NCBI GenBank assembly: GCA_963849325.1
Contig: CAWKHF010000005.1
Location: 448,001 to 512,000 of the forward strand
Source: an uncultured Planctomycetota bacterium
Lineage (GTDB): Bacteria > Planctomycetota > Planctomycetia > Gemmatales > Gemmataceae
Direction: 5' to 3'
DNA length: 64,000 nt
The notes below the pieces were generated by a model. The model was not told where the DNA came from and ran no database searches. It saw only the letters and a program-made list of their open reading frames with translations. The translations under genes and the position numbers were made by a program. Below are positions 31,888 to 42,183 of this stretch, piece after piece; the stretch's first letter is position 1, and the number at the start of each line of letters is the position of its first letter.

Positions 31888-32236
31888 TCATCGTCCCCGC
31901 GGCATCATTTTTGCCTTCACAGTAAGTCTCCCGGCTATACTCGCGGGCCACGGGCGCGACAAGGTCGCTCCTCCCTAGGTGTCCGCCGCCCGCACGAAAA
32001 AAAACCGGACGAGGCCGAGAACGGGGATGCCGCGCAGGGCGGCTTTTCGGCTGGAAATATCGTTGTCTCCCTCCCATCCTCCTTCCGGGGAGCGGGGAAT
32101 CGCTCTTCCGCCGCCGACCGCTTTTGCTCGCCGCCCCCGGACAACCTAGAATGAGTAAAGGACGCGGGAACGCCAATCGCCCTGTCCGGACGTTCCGCCG
32201 TCCGGGGCCGACCGAGCACTCCATCTGAGGGGCGCC

Positions 32237-32614
32237 ATGAGCAAAGAACTGATGGACATTGTGTTGCCCCGCCTGGCCCAGCGCTTGAATCGACAGCTTC
32301 GTCGTTACCGGGCCGGCGAGTTGGACGACGCCCAGTTTTCGCGCAAATTCGAGTCGCTGTTGCAGCAGCAATATTCCTGGCTGGCCAAGCAAGGCATCCC
32401 CGAGGTGGAAGCCGCCGTCGCGGTCCACGGGGCCGTGCTGGTTCTCAGCGGTCCCGGTCTGCGGGCCGAGGCCGCCGAGCAATCGCTGCCTCTGGAAGTG
32501 GTCGAGTATCAGGCCATCTGCGCCGCCGCCGGCGACATCGCCGAGCACTACGGCGTCAGCGAGCAACGCGCCACGAAACGTCTGTCCACTATCGTCGCCT
32601 ATTACGCCGAATGA
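32237..32614 (+). CDS. Hypothetical helical protein
   Basis: 125-aa ORF with typical codon usage and a GAGG RBS. Confidence 0.7.
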   Translation: MSKELMDIVLPRLAQRLNRQLRRYRAGELDDAQFSRKFESLLQQQYSWLAKQGIPEVEAAVAVHGAVLVLSGPGLRAEAAEQSLPLEVVEYQAICAAAGDIAEHYGVSEQRATKRLSTIVAYYAE

Positions 32615-32632
32615 GGGATTTGATTCTTACCC

Positions 32633-32692
32633 CACCAGCCCGGAGCGCCCGCGACGGGTCAGCAGAACCCGTCGCGGCGCTCCGGGCTGGTG
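32633..32692. repeat. REP-like palindrome, family B, copy 2
   Basis: CACCAGCCCGGAGCGCCCGCGACGGGT and its near-complement, between convergent genes. Confidence 0.85.
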
Positions 32693-32706
32693 AGGTGAAA
32701 TCTCCT

Positions 32707-33126
32707 TCACTTGTTCATCTCCTTGATCAACTCCTGAATCTTCTTCTCGTTGTGCGGCACGTTGTTGTTGTCCGTGTATTCGACGTTGAGCACCTCCCAG
32801 GCGTCCTTGTTGCTGGAGTCGATCTTGACCAGGATGTTGGCGACGTAGGGCTTGCCGGTGACGGCGCCGTGGTAGTGCATCTTGATGGTCAGTTCGGTGC
32901 GGCCGGCCCGCGGCTTGGTGTACTCGTGCTTGACGAGGTCGATCTTCTTGGCCGTCTTGTGCGCCGCGCGCACGATGGCCGTGCCCACGGCGGCGACGAA
33001 GCGCTTCTCCTCGTCGCCGCGCTTGCGAAACGAGATGGACTCGTCGGCCGCCACCGCCATCGTCCCGCACAGGAACAGTCCGGCCAGTACGGCCCTACTC
33101 GCCGTGCGTGTCCCGATCCGCGTCAT
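32707..33126 (-). CDS. Hypothetical secreted protein
   Basis: Signal peptide ending AVA-A; RBS AAGGAG; strongly biased codon usage. Confidence 0.8.
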   Translation of the reverse strand: MTRIGTRTASRAVLAGLFLCGTMAVAADESISFRKRGDEEKRFVAAVGTAIVRAAHKTAKKIDLVKHEYTKPRAGRTELTIKMHYHGAVTGKPYVANILVKIDSSNKDAWEVLNVEYTDNNNVPHNEKKIQELIKEMNK

Positions 33127-33381
33127 GGTCGCGCACTCCTTCCCGGTTCGAGAGGTTCGGGCTTGTAGCCTGGTTGTCCCGTCGAGAGTTATTTTACCGC
33201 CGGTCTTGAGGAGAGGGAATGTAGCGCGGCCGCCGTTTGTGAGCTAGACTTTCACCGTGTCGGAGCCCCGCCGCCTTCCAGGTGGGCCGACGCCATGCGG
33301 ATCCCGTCCTCCCCCCGCTGTAACCGAGCCGCGCTGCGCACCCCCCGCGCCGCGAAAGGGGCATGTTTGCTGGGCCCGTCC

Positions 33382-34581
33382 ATGCCGATCGACAGCGCCG
33401 AAACCATGCTCACCATCCTGCAGCGCATGCGGGTGTTGACGCCGGAAGAGACGCACCAGGTGGCGCACGAACTGTGTCCGCACTTCGCCGACGCGCTGGA
33501 CCTGGCCCACTACCTGATCGAGATCGAGTGGCTGACCGAGTATCAGGTCGATTTGCTGTTCTCCGATCGCTGGGAGGAATTGGCGATCGGCCCGTATCTG
33601 ATCCTGGACCGGCTGGGCGAGGGCGGCGTCAGCGAGGTCTTCAAGGCCTGGGATACTCTGCGAGGGCGATCCGTCGCCCTCAAGGTGCTGCGCCAGCACC
33701 TGAGCGACCAGAGTGCCGCCATCCGCGAGTTCCAGCGCGAACTGCGGACGGTGACGCGCCTGTCGCACCCCAACATCGTCAAGACCTTTGACGCCAACCA
33801 GGTCGGCGCCCTGCACTACTTCGCCATGGAGTTCGTCGAGGGATTGGACCTCGATCGTCACGTCCGCCGCTGTGGCCCGCTGCCGATCGAACCAGCGTGC
33901 GACTACGTCCGTCAGGTGGCCCAGGCGCTGCAACACGCCCATCAACTTGGCCTGGTCCATCGCGACATCAAGCCGGCCAACCTCTTCCTGATCAATCCTC
34001 CCACCCCCGGCGCAGCGCCGGCCCGGCGCGCCTCTGATACGGTGGTGAAGGTTCTCGACTGGGGCCTGGCGCGGCTGCGGCCCGATGCCGGCGCGTCGGA
34101 ATCGGCCAACCTGGACATGGACGCGGAAAAGGGCATGTTGATCGGCACCGCCGATTACATCGCTCCGGAGCAGGCCCGCGATCCGTGCCTGGTGGACATC
34201 CGCGCCGACGTTTACAGCCTGGGCTGTACGCTCTACTTCTTGCTGACGGGTGGGCCGCCCTTTTCCGGCACGTCGCTGATGCAGAAGCTGTTGCAGCATC
34301 AGCAAGCAGAGCGGCCGAGCGTGCGGGCCGTCCGGCCGGACGTGCCCGAAGACCTCGACGCCGTGGTGCAGCGCATGATGGCGAAGCGGCCGGAGGAGCG
34401 CTACGCGATCCCGCTGCTGGTGGCCGGCGCCCTGCGCCACTTCGTCACCGGCAGCAGCGGCTCGATTCGCCTGAGTGCCAGCCCCAACGGCACGGCTACG
34501 CGGCCGGGCACGTCGCCGACCCTCGCCGCGACGAAGCCTCCCACGCCGCTCAACCTCGGTGTGCCGCCGCCGAGCGTTTAG
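33382..34581 (+). CDS. Cytoplasmic Ser/Thr protein kinase
   Basis: LGEGGVSEVFKA, VALK, HRDIKPANL, DWGLA, GTADYIAPEQ. Confidence 0.92.
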   Translation: MPIDSAETMLTILQRMRVLTPEETHQVAHELCPHFADALDLAHYLIEIEWLTEYQVDLLFSDRWEELAIGPYLILDRLGEGGVSEVFKAWDTLRGRSVALKVLRQHLSDQSAAIREFQRELRTVTRLSHPNIVKTFDANQVGALHYFAMEFVEGLDLDRHVRRCGPLPIEPACDYVRQVAQALQHAHQLGLVHRDIKPANLFLINPPTPGAAPARRASDTVVKVLDWGLARLRPDAGASESANLDMDAEKGMLIGTADYIAPEQARDPCLVDIRADVYSLGCTLYFLLTGGPPFSGTSLMQKLLQHQQAERPSVRAVRPDVPEDLDAVVQRMMAKRPEERYAIPLLVAGALRHFVTGSSGSIRLSASPNGTATRPGTSPTLAATKPPTPLNLGVPPPSV

Positions 34582-34637
34582 CCGCGACGCGCAGCGGAGC
34601 GCGGCCGCCGCGCTCCGCTGCGCGTCGCGGCTAAACG
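34575..34637. repeat. REP-like palindrome, family C, copy 2
   Basis: Same arms as the copy at 14475; contains the kinase TAG stop. Confidence 0.9.
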
Positions 34638-34644
34638 GATGTGT

Positions 34645-35184
34645 CTATTTCTTGGCCTTTTCGCCGCGTTCGTTATCGCGGCCGTGGTGCTCGGCCATGA
34701 CGGCCAACTCGGTCAGCTTGGCCGCCGTCACGCCGATGCGCGCAAAGCAATCGGCGACGATGCTGTTGGGTGCGGTCAGCAGGCTGATGAGCAGATCCAT
34801 CGGCGTGATCTTGCCGCGGTGGTGATCGACGGCGCGGTTGTAGCCGTCGCGCAGCAGGCGGATGACGTTGTCGGACAGGAATTCGCGGTTGAGGATGAGG
34901 ATGGCTTCTTCCTCGCCCTCTTCCTGGTGGAACAGTTCCTGGAAGTTGTCCAGCAGCGTGGACAGGTCGGCTTGCAGGCGTTCGCCCCAGTTGCGGACGC
35001 TGGCATCGGGCACGGCCAGCAGGCCCATGAAGACGTGCGGACTGCGAACGCTGTCCCAGCGCGTCTCGCGGGCCAGCCGCAGCGATTCGCGCAGGGCGCG
35101 GATCGCCTCGTCGGCAAAGCAATCCAGCCGCAGACGACCGCCCGGGAGAAAAATGTCGTCCGCGCATCCGTCCGGCGTCGCCAT
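34645..35184 (-). CDS. Stand-alone Clp N-terminal-domain-like protein
   Basis: Two Clp_N-like helical repeats (FADEAIRAL..VRSPHVFMGLL; LSDNVIRLL..ITPMDLLISLL); no ATPase domain. Confidence 0.7.
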   Translation of the reverse strand: MATPDGCADDIFLPGGRLRLDCFADEAIRALRESLRLARETRWDSVRSPHVFMGLLAVPDASVRNWGERLQADLSTLLDNFQELFHQEEGEEEAILILNREFLSDNVIRLLRDGYNRAVDHHRGKITPMDLLISLLTAPNSIVADCFARIGVTAAKLTELAVMAEHHGRDNERGEKAKK

Positions 35185-35303
35185 GGAAGGCCCTTCCAAC
35201 AGAGACGGGAGCCTATTGTGTGATTATGGCGAAGCCGCCCGCCCAACGCAAGAACCCATTCGCGTCCGCCGAGCCGGTGCGGGCGGACAGGCCCGGACAA
35301 TCG

Positions 35304-35432
35304 CTACTTGATCTTGAGCACCTGATGGCAGGTGCGGCAGCGCCTCTGGTGCAGACGGACTTGCTTGTTGCACTTGGGGCAGCGGCTATAGCGCGACTTG
35401 CGCTTGGCCTTGGTTTGCGGCCGGGATCTCAT
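35304..35432 (-). CDS. 42-aa basic zinc-ribbon protein (absent from the ORF track)
   Basis: MRSRPQTKAKRKSRYSRCPKCNKQVRLHQRRCRTCHQVLKIK; CxxC-x10-CxxC; RBS AAAGGAG; GC-ending codons. Confidence 0.75.
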   Translation of the reverse strand: MRSRPQTKAKRKSRYSRCPKCNKQVRLHQRRCRTCHQVLKIK

Positions 35433-35509
35433 GGTCTCTTCTCCTTTCAGGCGGACGGCAGGGGCGACGCGCGAAGCCGCGCGATCCTTTCGACTCCCTT
35501 CTGGTATAG

Positions 35510-35620
35510 ATAGGGAATAGGGAATAGGGAATAGGGAATAGGGAATAGGGGCAGGGCTCCTTCTCTCTTCTCTATTCCCTATTCCCTATTCCCTATTCCC
35601 TATTCCCTATTCCCTGTTCC
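35510..35620. repeat. Inverted heptamer arrays: (ATAGGGA)x~6, 21-nt spacer, (CTATTCC)x6-7
   Basis: Directly visible, between divergent genes. Confidence 0.95.
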
Positions 35621-35709
35621 GGGGGGCGTTTTCCGCTTGATCTTCGCCGTCGCAAGCCGCACCATGCACAGACGAAGCCGCGATCGATCCCACCGCCAGG
35701 AACCTGCCT

Positions 35710-36615
35710 ATGAACCTTCCTCGAAGCCTTCTCCTCCTGTTCGCTGTCGGCCTGACGGTGTTCGCCGCCGATGCGCCGCCATCGCCCGAGCCGGGCACCC
35801 TCCTCGTCGTTGATGCGGCCGGCAAGAAGCAGAAGCTGAAAGCGTGGAGGTTCACCGAGGGCGTCCGCCGGTTGGGCTGGCTCGCTCCCGCCGAGGCGAA
35901 GGACGACCACGAGAAGAAACCGAAGGCCGGACCCGAAGCCCTGGCCCTGCGCACCGAGACCGAGATCGAATACGCCGAGGGCGTCCTGACGCTAGTCCCG
36001 CTCGACCGCCTGCGTTCGATCGACTTCGACAGCGACAAGGACACCATGACCGTCCAGGCGAGCGGAGGGTCCGAGCCGTTGGTCGGCAGCACGAAGTACA
36101 AACGCATCAACAAGCTGGCGATCGAGGCGGACGTGGACAAGGGCGAGTTGGGCGTCGCCGAGGTCAAGTACCTGGGCGGCTATCCGCGCGGCATCCGCGG
36201 CGTGTACTTCCCGACGCCGAAGGCCGCCGCTCCGCCGACGCCGGGCCGGCGCGTCCGGGTCGTCTCCGCCGACGGCAAGAGCAAAAAGGCGACTCACCAA
36301 GTCGTCGATTTGATGCCGCTGTATCGGCTGCCCAACCGCGCCGAGAAGCTGCTGCCAACGCTGATGTTCAAGAAGACACTGAAGCTGGACGTGGGCAAGA
36401 TCAAAAAAATTGTGGCCGTCGGCGGCGAGGAGGGTGGCTGGCAAGTCACACTCAAGGACGGCGGCGAGGAGACGCTGACGCTGCTGGAGACGATGCCGTT
36501 CGAAGGCAAGTCGGCGCGGCTGCTGGGCTTCGTCGGCCGCGTGCCGGTCGGTTACAAACTCATCCCGGCCAGCGCCGTCGCGGAGATCACTTTCGACGCC
36601 GAGGAGGAAAAATAA
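35710..36615 (+). CDS. Hypothetical secreted protein with an apparent internal duplication
   Basis: Signal peptide; two similar beta-rich halves (LVPLDRLRSIDFD / LIPASAVAEITFD). Confidence 0.8.
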   Translation: MNLPRSLLLLFAVGLTVFAADAPPSPEPGTLLVVDAAGKKQKLKAWRFTEGVRRLGWLAPAEAKDDHEKKPKAGPEALALRTETEIEYAEGVLTLVPLDRLRSIDFDSDKDTMTVQASGGSEPLVGSTKYKRINKLAIEADVDKGELGVAEVKYLGGYPRGIRGVYFPTPKAAAPPTPGRRVRVVSADGKSKKATHQVVDLMPLYRLPNRAEKLLPTLMFKKTLKLDVGKIKKIVAVGGEEGGWQVTLKDGGEETLTLLETMPFEGKSARLLGFVGRVPVGYKLIPASAVAEITFDAEEEK

Positions 36616-36621
36616 GAAGAA

Positions 36622-36713
36622 CCTCACGCAAAGCGCAAAGAACGCAAAGAAGGAGAAGAAGATCAAAGCGATTCGGCCTTTTTTTGTCTTTCTTTGCGTT
36701 CTTTGCGCTGAGG
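36622..36713. repeat. Inverted nonamer-type element (CGCAAAGAA)n
   Basis: AGCGCAAAGAACGCAAAGAA at 36632-36651 pairs perfectly with 36690-36709. Confidence 0.88.
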
Positions 36714-37841
36714 ATTTCTTGAAGAAGCTCTTGCGCAGGAGCATCCGCAATCTCTCCACTCGCTCGCGCACGTCATCGGCCGTGGCCGCGCAGACGGTGA
36801 CGTGGCCGACCTTGCGGCCGGGACGCGGCTTCTTGCCGTACAGGTGCAGATGCGCCTCTGGATGGGCCAGCACCGCGCGGATCGGGTAGCTCGCCGATGA
36901 TGTTGAGCATGGCGCAGGGGCCGCGGGCGTCGGCCGACCCCAGCGGCAGACCGAGGACCGCCCGCAGGTGGTTCTCGAACTGGCTCGTCTGCGCTCCCTC
37001 GATGGTCCAGTGGCCGGAGTTGTGAACGCGCGGCGCCATCTCGTTGGCGATCAGCTGCTCGCCCTGCTGGAAGAACTCGATCGCCAGTACGCCGACATAA
37101 TCGAGCCGTTCGAGGACGCGACGGGCATAATCGCGGGCCAACTCTTGCAGCGCCGGCGCAACGTCCGGCGCCGGGGCCAGCGACAGGCGCAGCAGCCCCT
37201 CGGCGTGATGGTTTTCCACCAACGGGTAGAACGCCAACTCGCCCTCCCGGCCGCGCACGGCAAGTTGCGACAGCTCGCGGTCGAAGCGCACGAAGCCCTC
37301 CAGCAGGAGGCCGGCGTCGGCCGCCGCGACGTCCTTGCGCGACTTCACCAGCGTCTGCCAGGCTTGCTCCGCGCCGGCGGGATCGCGGATCAGGCACTGC
37401 CCCTTGCCGTCGTAGCCCATCCGCCGCGTCTTGAGGACGGCGGGACAGCCGGCCTCGGTCATGGCGCCGTCGAGATCCGCCCGCGTTCGCACCGGCACGA
37501 ACGGGGCCGTCGGGATGCCCAGCTGGCGAAAGAACGTCTTCTCGGTGAGACGGTCCTGGCTGACCTGCAAGGCGACGGGCGGCGGATAGACGGGCAGACG
37601 GCGCGACAGCTTCTCGGCCACCTCGACCGGCACGTTCTCGAACTCGTAGGTGACGACGTCCAAGCCCGTTGGCGAAGCGGTCCAGCGCGTCGGCGTCGTG
37701 GAAGTCGGCGCGGACGAACTCGGCGAGGTCGCGGATGGGCGCTTCGTGGGCGGGGTCGAGGAAGCGGAAGCGCTGGCCGAGCGGATAGCCGGCCAGGGCC
37801 AACATGCGGCCCAGCTGTCCCGCGCCCAGTACACCGATCAT
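36663..37841 (-). CDS. purK: N5-CAIR synthase; frameshifts near 37665 and 36880; true stop uncertain
   Basis: [55 protein letters not shown]. Confidence 0.93.
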   Translation of the reverse strand: MIGVLGAGQLGRMLALAGYPLGQRFRFLDPAHEAPIRDLAEFVRADFHDADALDRFANGLGRRHLRVRERAGRGGREAVAPSARLSAARRLAGQPGPSHREDVLSPAGHPDGPVRAGANAGGSRRRHDRGRLSRRPQDAADGLRRQGAVPDPRSRRRGASLADAGEVAQGRRGGRRRPPAGGLRALRPRAVATCRARPGGRVGVLPVGGKPSRRGAAAPVAGPGAGRCAGAARVGPRLCPSRPRTARLCRRTGDRVLPAGRAADRQRDGAARSQLRPLDHRGSADEPVREPPAGGPRSAAGVGRRPRPLRHAQHHRRATRSARCWPIQRRICTCTARSRVPAARSATSPSARPRPMTCASEWRDCGCSCARASSRNPQRKERKERQKKAESL

Positions 37842-38335
37842 CCCGCGTCCTCCCTCGGATCGGCGTGGTCGAGGACGTTCTGAGTCTGGTTCGTCCGGTA
37901 GGCGTGCAGGGCGGCGCGGAACGACGGATGTTTGCCGCCGAGGATCGCCGTCGCCAGCAGGGCGGCGTTGACGGCGCCAGCCCGGCCGATGGCCAGCGTC
38001 GCCACCGGCACGCCGGCCGGCATCTGCACGATGGACAGCAGCGAATCGACGCCGTGCAGCGCCTTGGACTCGATGGGCACGCCGAGGACCGGCAGCACGG
38101 TTTTCGCCGCCGTCATGCCGGGCAGATGCGCCGCGCCGCCGGCCCCGGCGATAATCACTTCCAGGCCGCGCGCCTCCGCCGTCGAGGCGTACTCGAACAG
38201 CAGGTCCGGCGTGCGGTGGGCCGACACCACGCGCACCTCATAGGGCACCTGCAAGGCATCGAGCGTATTGATGGCGTGGACGAGCGTTTCCCAGTCCGAG
38301 CGCGATCCCATGATGACGCCGACCAGCGGTTGCAT
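37838..38335 (-). CDS. purE: N5-CAIR mutase
   Basis: [41 protein letters not shown]. Confidence 0.96.
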   Translation of the reverse strand: MQPLVGVIMGSRSDWETLVHAINTLDALQVPYEVRVVSAHRTPDLLFEYASTAEARGLEVIIAGAGGAAHLPGMTAAKTVLPVLGVPIESKALHGVDSLLSIVQMPAGVPVATLAIGRAGAVNAALLATAILGGKHPSFRAALHAYRTNQTQNVLDHADPREDAG

Positions 38336-38419
38336 GCGTTGTGTCCTCGCGCGAAGCCGACGCGGTTCGTTGTATCGCCGGACGCCGCGCACGGCTTTCC
38401 GAGTGACATCGAGAAGCAG

Positions 38420-40364
38420 TTAACGGCTTTTGCTGTCCGAAGGGAGGTTGACGCCCAGCTTCAGTTCTCGAACCAGAGCCGGAAAGGCATCGATGAACAC
38501 TTGTCGCTGGACAGTCCCGCCGGGGGTACGCAACGGTCCCAGCGTGCGACTCAGTTGGGGTGCTTGATCCAGTCGGGCCGTGAACTCGCTTGGCCGCAGG
38601 CCGACTTCCGCGGAGGCGGTAACAAGGTCCAGCTCCTTCTCGTACTGGAGGACCAGCGCGGCGATCGGCTCCGTGGCGGTCAAACGCCCGCCGGTCTGTT
38701 CGACGGCCTTACGGTAGCGCTCGTTGTCCTTGGCGAACAAGTCCGCCAGCGCCCCCGACGACGGATAGAGTGCTTGGATGGCGGCCACCTCAGCCGCGGA
38801 GAAAGCGTTCGGGTTGCTCTCCACGTGCGACCGGACCCGATCCTCCTTGGAGATCAGACCCCGCGCGTGGCAACTCATGCAGGAGACGCCGTTTTCGACG
38901 GCCCGATCCGGTCGGCGCAGGATCGCTGACAATGGCCGACGGTGCCTTGTCGAGACGGCGGCCGCGCCCGTCCACCAACAGAAAGGCGTGCAGCCCGTTG
39001 GGCAAATGGAAAATGACTTCGCCGCCGTCGTATTCAAAATCATTGGCGTTCGGTCCCGGCCCCAGCGGATGGGCGAACAGATTGCGTCGATCGCTGTTGT
39101 TGGCGAAGTCATAGCTGCGCCAGTAGCTGCCGTACGGCGAAGCGTGCCGTTCGATCAGGCGATTGTTGCGCGACACGCCGGAGCCGTTGAAGCCGGCTCG
39201 GGCCACGCGCTCCTGGCGCACGTCTTCACGTACATCGAGATGTAGTTGTTCTCCCAACGCCTGTTCGGTTTGGGGGAGCTGGAGCAGCTCATGATAGAGC
39301 GGCGGGCGCGAGGCGGCGGCCACGAACCAATCGGCGCGGACGTAGGACAATTGCTCACCGGCGGCATCGTAACAGGCCCGCGCCTCCGGCGTGTCGAGCA
39401 GTACGCCATGCGGATAGGCCGCCAGGAGTCGGCCCCAAACGCCGTTGTTCCATGAGTAATCGCGGATGTCGATACGGAAGACGGTTCGGGCCGAGTCCAC
39501 GGGGCGGGGGGCAACGATGTCCTTGTTCCACGAAAGGCTGTTGACCAGTTTCGCCAGAGCGAAGCGATAGGTTTGCAATTCATCTTCCGACAGACCGGCG
39601 TTGGCGAGATGCGCGATCGTGAAATAGCGAACGAATCGGCGCTCGCGCTCGGGCCGAGTCCGCAAGTCCCGATGAATCAGGGATGCCAGTTGCCCGTCGC
39701 CGAGGAAATCGGGGCGGCCGGCTGGCGCCTGCTCTGCCGGGGCGCCGGCCTCGATCCACCGTTTCAGCACGGCGATCTCGTTGGGACTGGGCCGCGGAGT
39801 TTCGTCGGCGGGCGGCATCTCGTCTTGTTGGATGCGGCGAAAGAGTTTGGAGCGTTGGGCATCGCCCGGCACCAGCTTCTTCCGGGCTATTAATCGATCA
39901 CGGTCGAGAATGAAGTTGAAACCGCCTTCGGCGGCGCCGTTCTGACCGTGACAGCGGTAGCAGGTGGAACGCAGAATATCGTGTGCCTGGCGGGCGAGGC
40001 CGATTCGATCCGGGTTCTCGGCGCTTGTCGCTACTCTCGCGCTGGGCCGTTCCTCGAGATCCGCCAGGAGGGCGGGAAGATGGCGATACGCCAGCACAAG
40101 GAGAACACAGCCAGCCACGGCGAACACACCACAGCCGGCGGCGAGGATCCAGCGTAGGGGCGAATGCGATTTCCGGGGAGCATCCTTGGCTACCGAAAGG
40201 GGGGAGATGCGGGGGCGGTGGGGAGCGACACTCTTGCAGGGAGACGACGGAACGGGTGGAACTTGAATCCGCTTACCGCACACGTGGCAACCGAACTTGG
40301 TTTCCGCTTCGCGGTCGGGTCGTTCGTACACCGACAAGCAAGCGGGACAGCTAAACCGGATCAT
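38420..40364 (-). CDS. Zinc-ribbon + TM + planctomycete cytochrome c domain protein with two CxxCH motifs; frameshift near 38925
   Basis: MIRFSCPAC..CHVC; TM helix; CYRCHG..LVPGD..S.L..EMPP..LKRWIEAGA; second heme motif CMSCH after the frameshift. Confidence 0.8.
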
Positions 40365-40459
40365 GGAGCAGCCCTCACTTCGCCAGTCTGTCGCGCCGCA
40401 AGGGCACCGGACTCCTTTGCGTGTTCATCAGGCTGCCCGATTTGGCCGGACAGCCATCT

Positions 40460-42014
40460 TTACGGCGCGCGCTCGATTTTGTTGCGAAGGTTTTCCGCGG
40501 TCTTGCGGACGTTCTCCGACTTGTGGAACTTCAAGTCCTTCAGCTGCGGTATCACTTCCTTGGCCAGGGTTTGCTTGGCCTCCGGGCCGCACTTGAGCAG
40601 GGTATCCCCCGCCCGATCGATCGACGCAATGGCGGCGAGGATCTGGTACTCGTTAGGGTCGTTGGTGTGCTGCGCCGCCTCCTTGAGAATCGCCACCACC
40701 GGCGGGATAATCTGCTTGCGGAAGTCGGGATGACTCTCGGCCAATCCTCCCAGGATTTCCAGACCATCATCGCGGAAGGGCGTTGCCGTTACGACGAACC
40801 GCCGCTTCATGCGAATTTGCACAACATTCGGTAACGACAATTGGGTGAGTTCGATGATCGTTTTCAACGCCTGGGGGTCGGCGGCGGCGATCTTGGGTAA
40901 GGTTTCCATGCTGTCGTTGGTGACCTGGATCAAAACATTCAGCCCCCACCGCGCTCTTGGATCGGCGAACAAAGCCTGGCATCGTTGGATCTCATGCAGG
41001 ACGACGGGCGTTGCCGGCTTGCCTTGCTCCCCGAGCGAGGCCAGTTTGGTCAAGGCGGCCTCGTGCTTGGCCGCCTGCTCGTCCACGAGGAGGTCGAAGA
41101 CGGGCTTGTACAGTTCAGGATTCACCTTTTCGAGAGCTTCCAGGGCGGCATGGGATACCTCTTTGGTAGTAGATAACGCCGCCTCGCACAGGGCGCCGGT
41201 CGCGGGTCGAGCCTTTTCGCCCAGATTCGCAAGGTCAGCGGCCGCCCTGACGCGCTCCTCTGTCGTTCCGCTTTGCAACCGATTCATCAGCGGCCGTAAT
41301 CGCGCGGCAGGATGGGACGCTCGGAGCGTGGATTCGGCTCGATTCCTTGAGGTGGGTTCCCCTCATTGGGCGTCAAAGGAGATGAAGAACCCCCTTCTTT
41401 TGGGGATGGTCTCTCTCCGTGGTTCCGGAGGCGCTTCGTCTCTTCGTGGCTGAGGCGGGGCGGCCTCAACAGGCGCCGGATTCCCCTCCTTCGGTGTGTC
41501 TTTTCGAGTTGTTAGGTCTGCGCGGAGATCGGGGCAGGTCTGCCTCGGACTTGGCTGACTTCTGGGCGTACGAGTCATCGCCCCTGCCCTTGCTGGTTTT
41601 CTGCTGTGACTCCATGTAGAAAATGCGCCGAACCCAAAGAATCCGCCCACACCGAACACAAGGAAAACGGCGCATCCGATCATGCCCAATTTGGCCAGCA
41701 ACGAACGCTTGGGTGGCGGATGGGGTTCCTGGCGTGGGACGACGACAGACTTGGCGGCCTTCCGGGGCGGCGAGTCGGGCGGGCCGGGATGCGGAAGCGC
41801 GCCGTGGGTTCACCGTCGTGGGAGTGTGAGAAATGACGCGGCCGAGGGTGGTTTTATCGGGCGGCGGCTTCGCGGGCTGCTGCGGAGGGTGCGCCATCGC
41901 GGCTGGGGGCACGACCATCGGATTGTTGCAACCGCGACATCTCGCACTGCGTCCCGCGCAATCTTCGGGTGCGGAAGCCATCATGCCACAGGATGGACAG
42001 GCGAATCGGATCAT
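40460..42014 (-). CDS. Zinc-ribbon + TM + HEAT-repeat protein; at least three frameshifts between 41290 and 41710 (possibly a pseudogene)
   Basis: MIRFACPSC..CRGC; Pro-rich linker; TM GMIGCAVFLVFGVGGFFGF; HEAT-like RVRAAADLANLGEKARPATGAL. Confidence 0.6.
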
Positions 42015-42183
42015 GGAAATGTCCTGGGAAGGAGCGAAGAGAAATCAGATCATCCATACCTCACGACGGCTGCGTACAGGATGATGGGTTCCATCCATCT
42101 GGAAACGTCATTATTGATTGGTGAAGGAATCAACGCGGACTTCGATGCTACTCTCCGATATGCAGGGGTGTCAAGCAAATACG

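Noticed and set aside
35304-35432. Calling the microprotein rpmG, rpmF or rpmJ
   Set aside because: Cys spacing and flanking motifs do not match L33, L32 or L36.
35510-35620. Tandem arrays or REP copies as a CRISPR array
   Set aside because: Units are 7-9 nt with no unique spacers, the REP copies are dispersed, and no cas genes are present.
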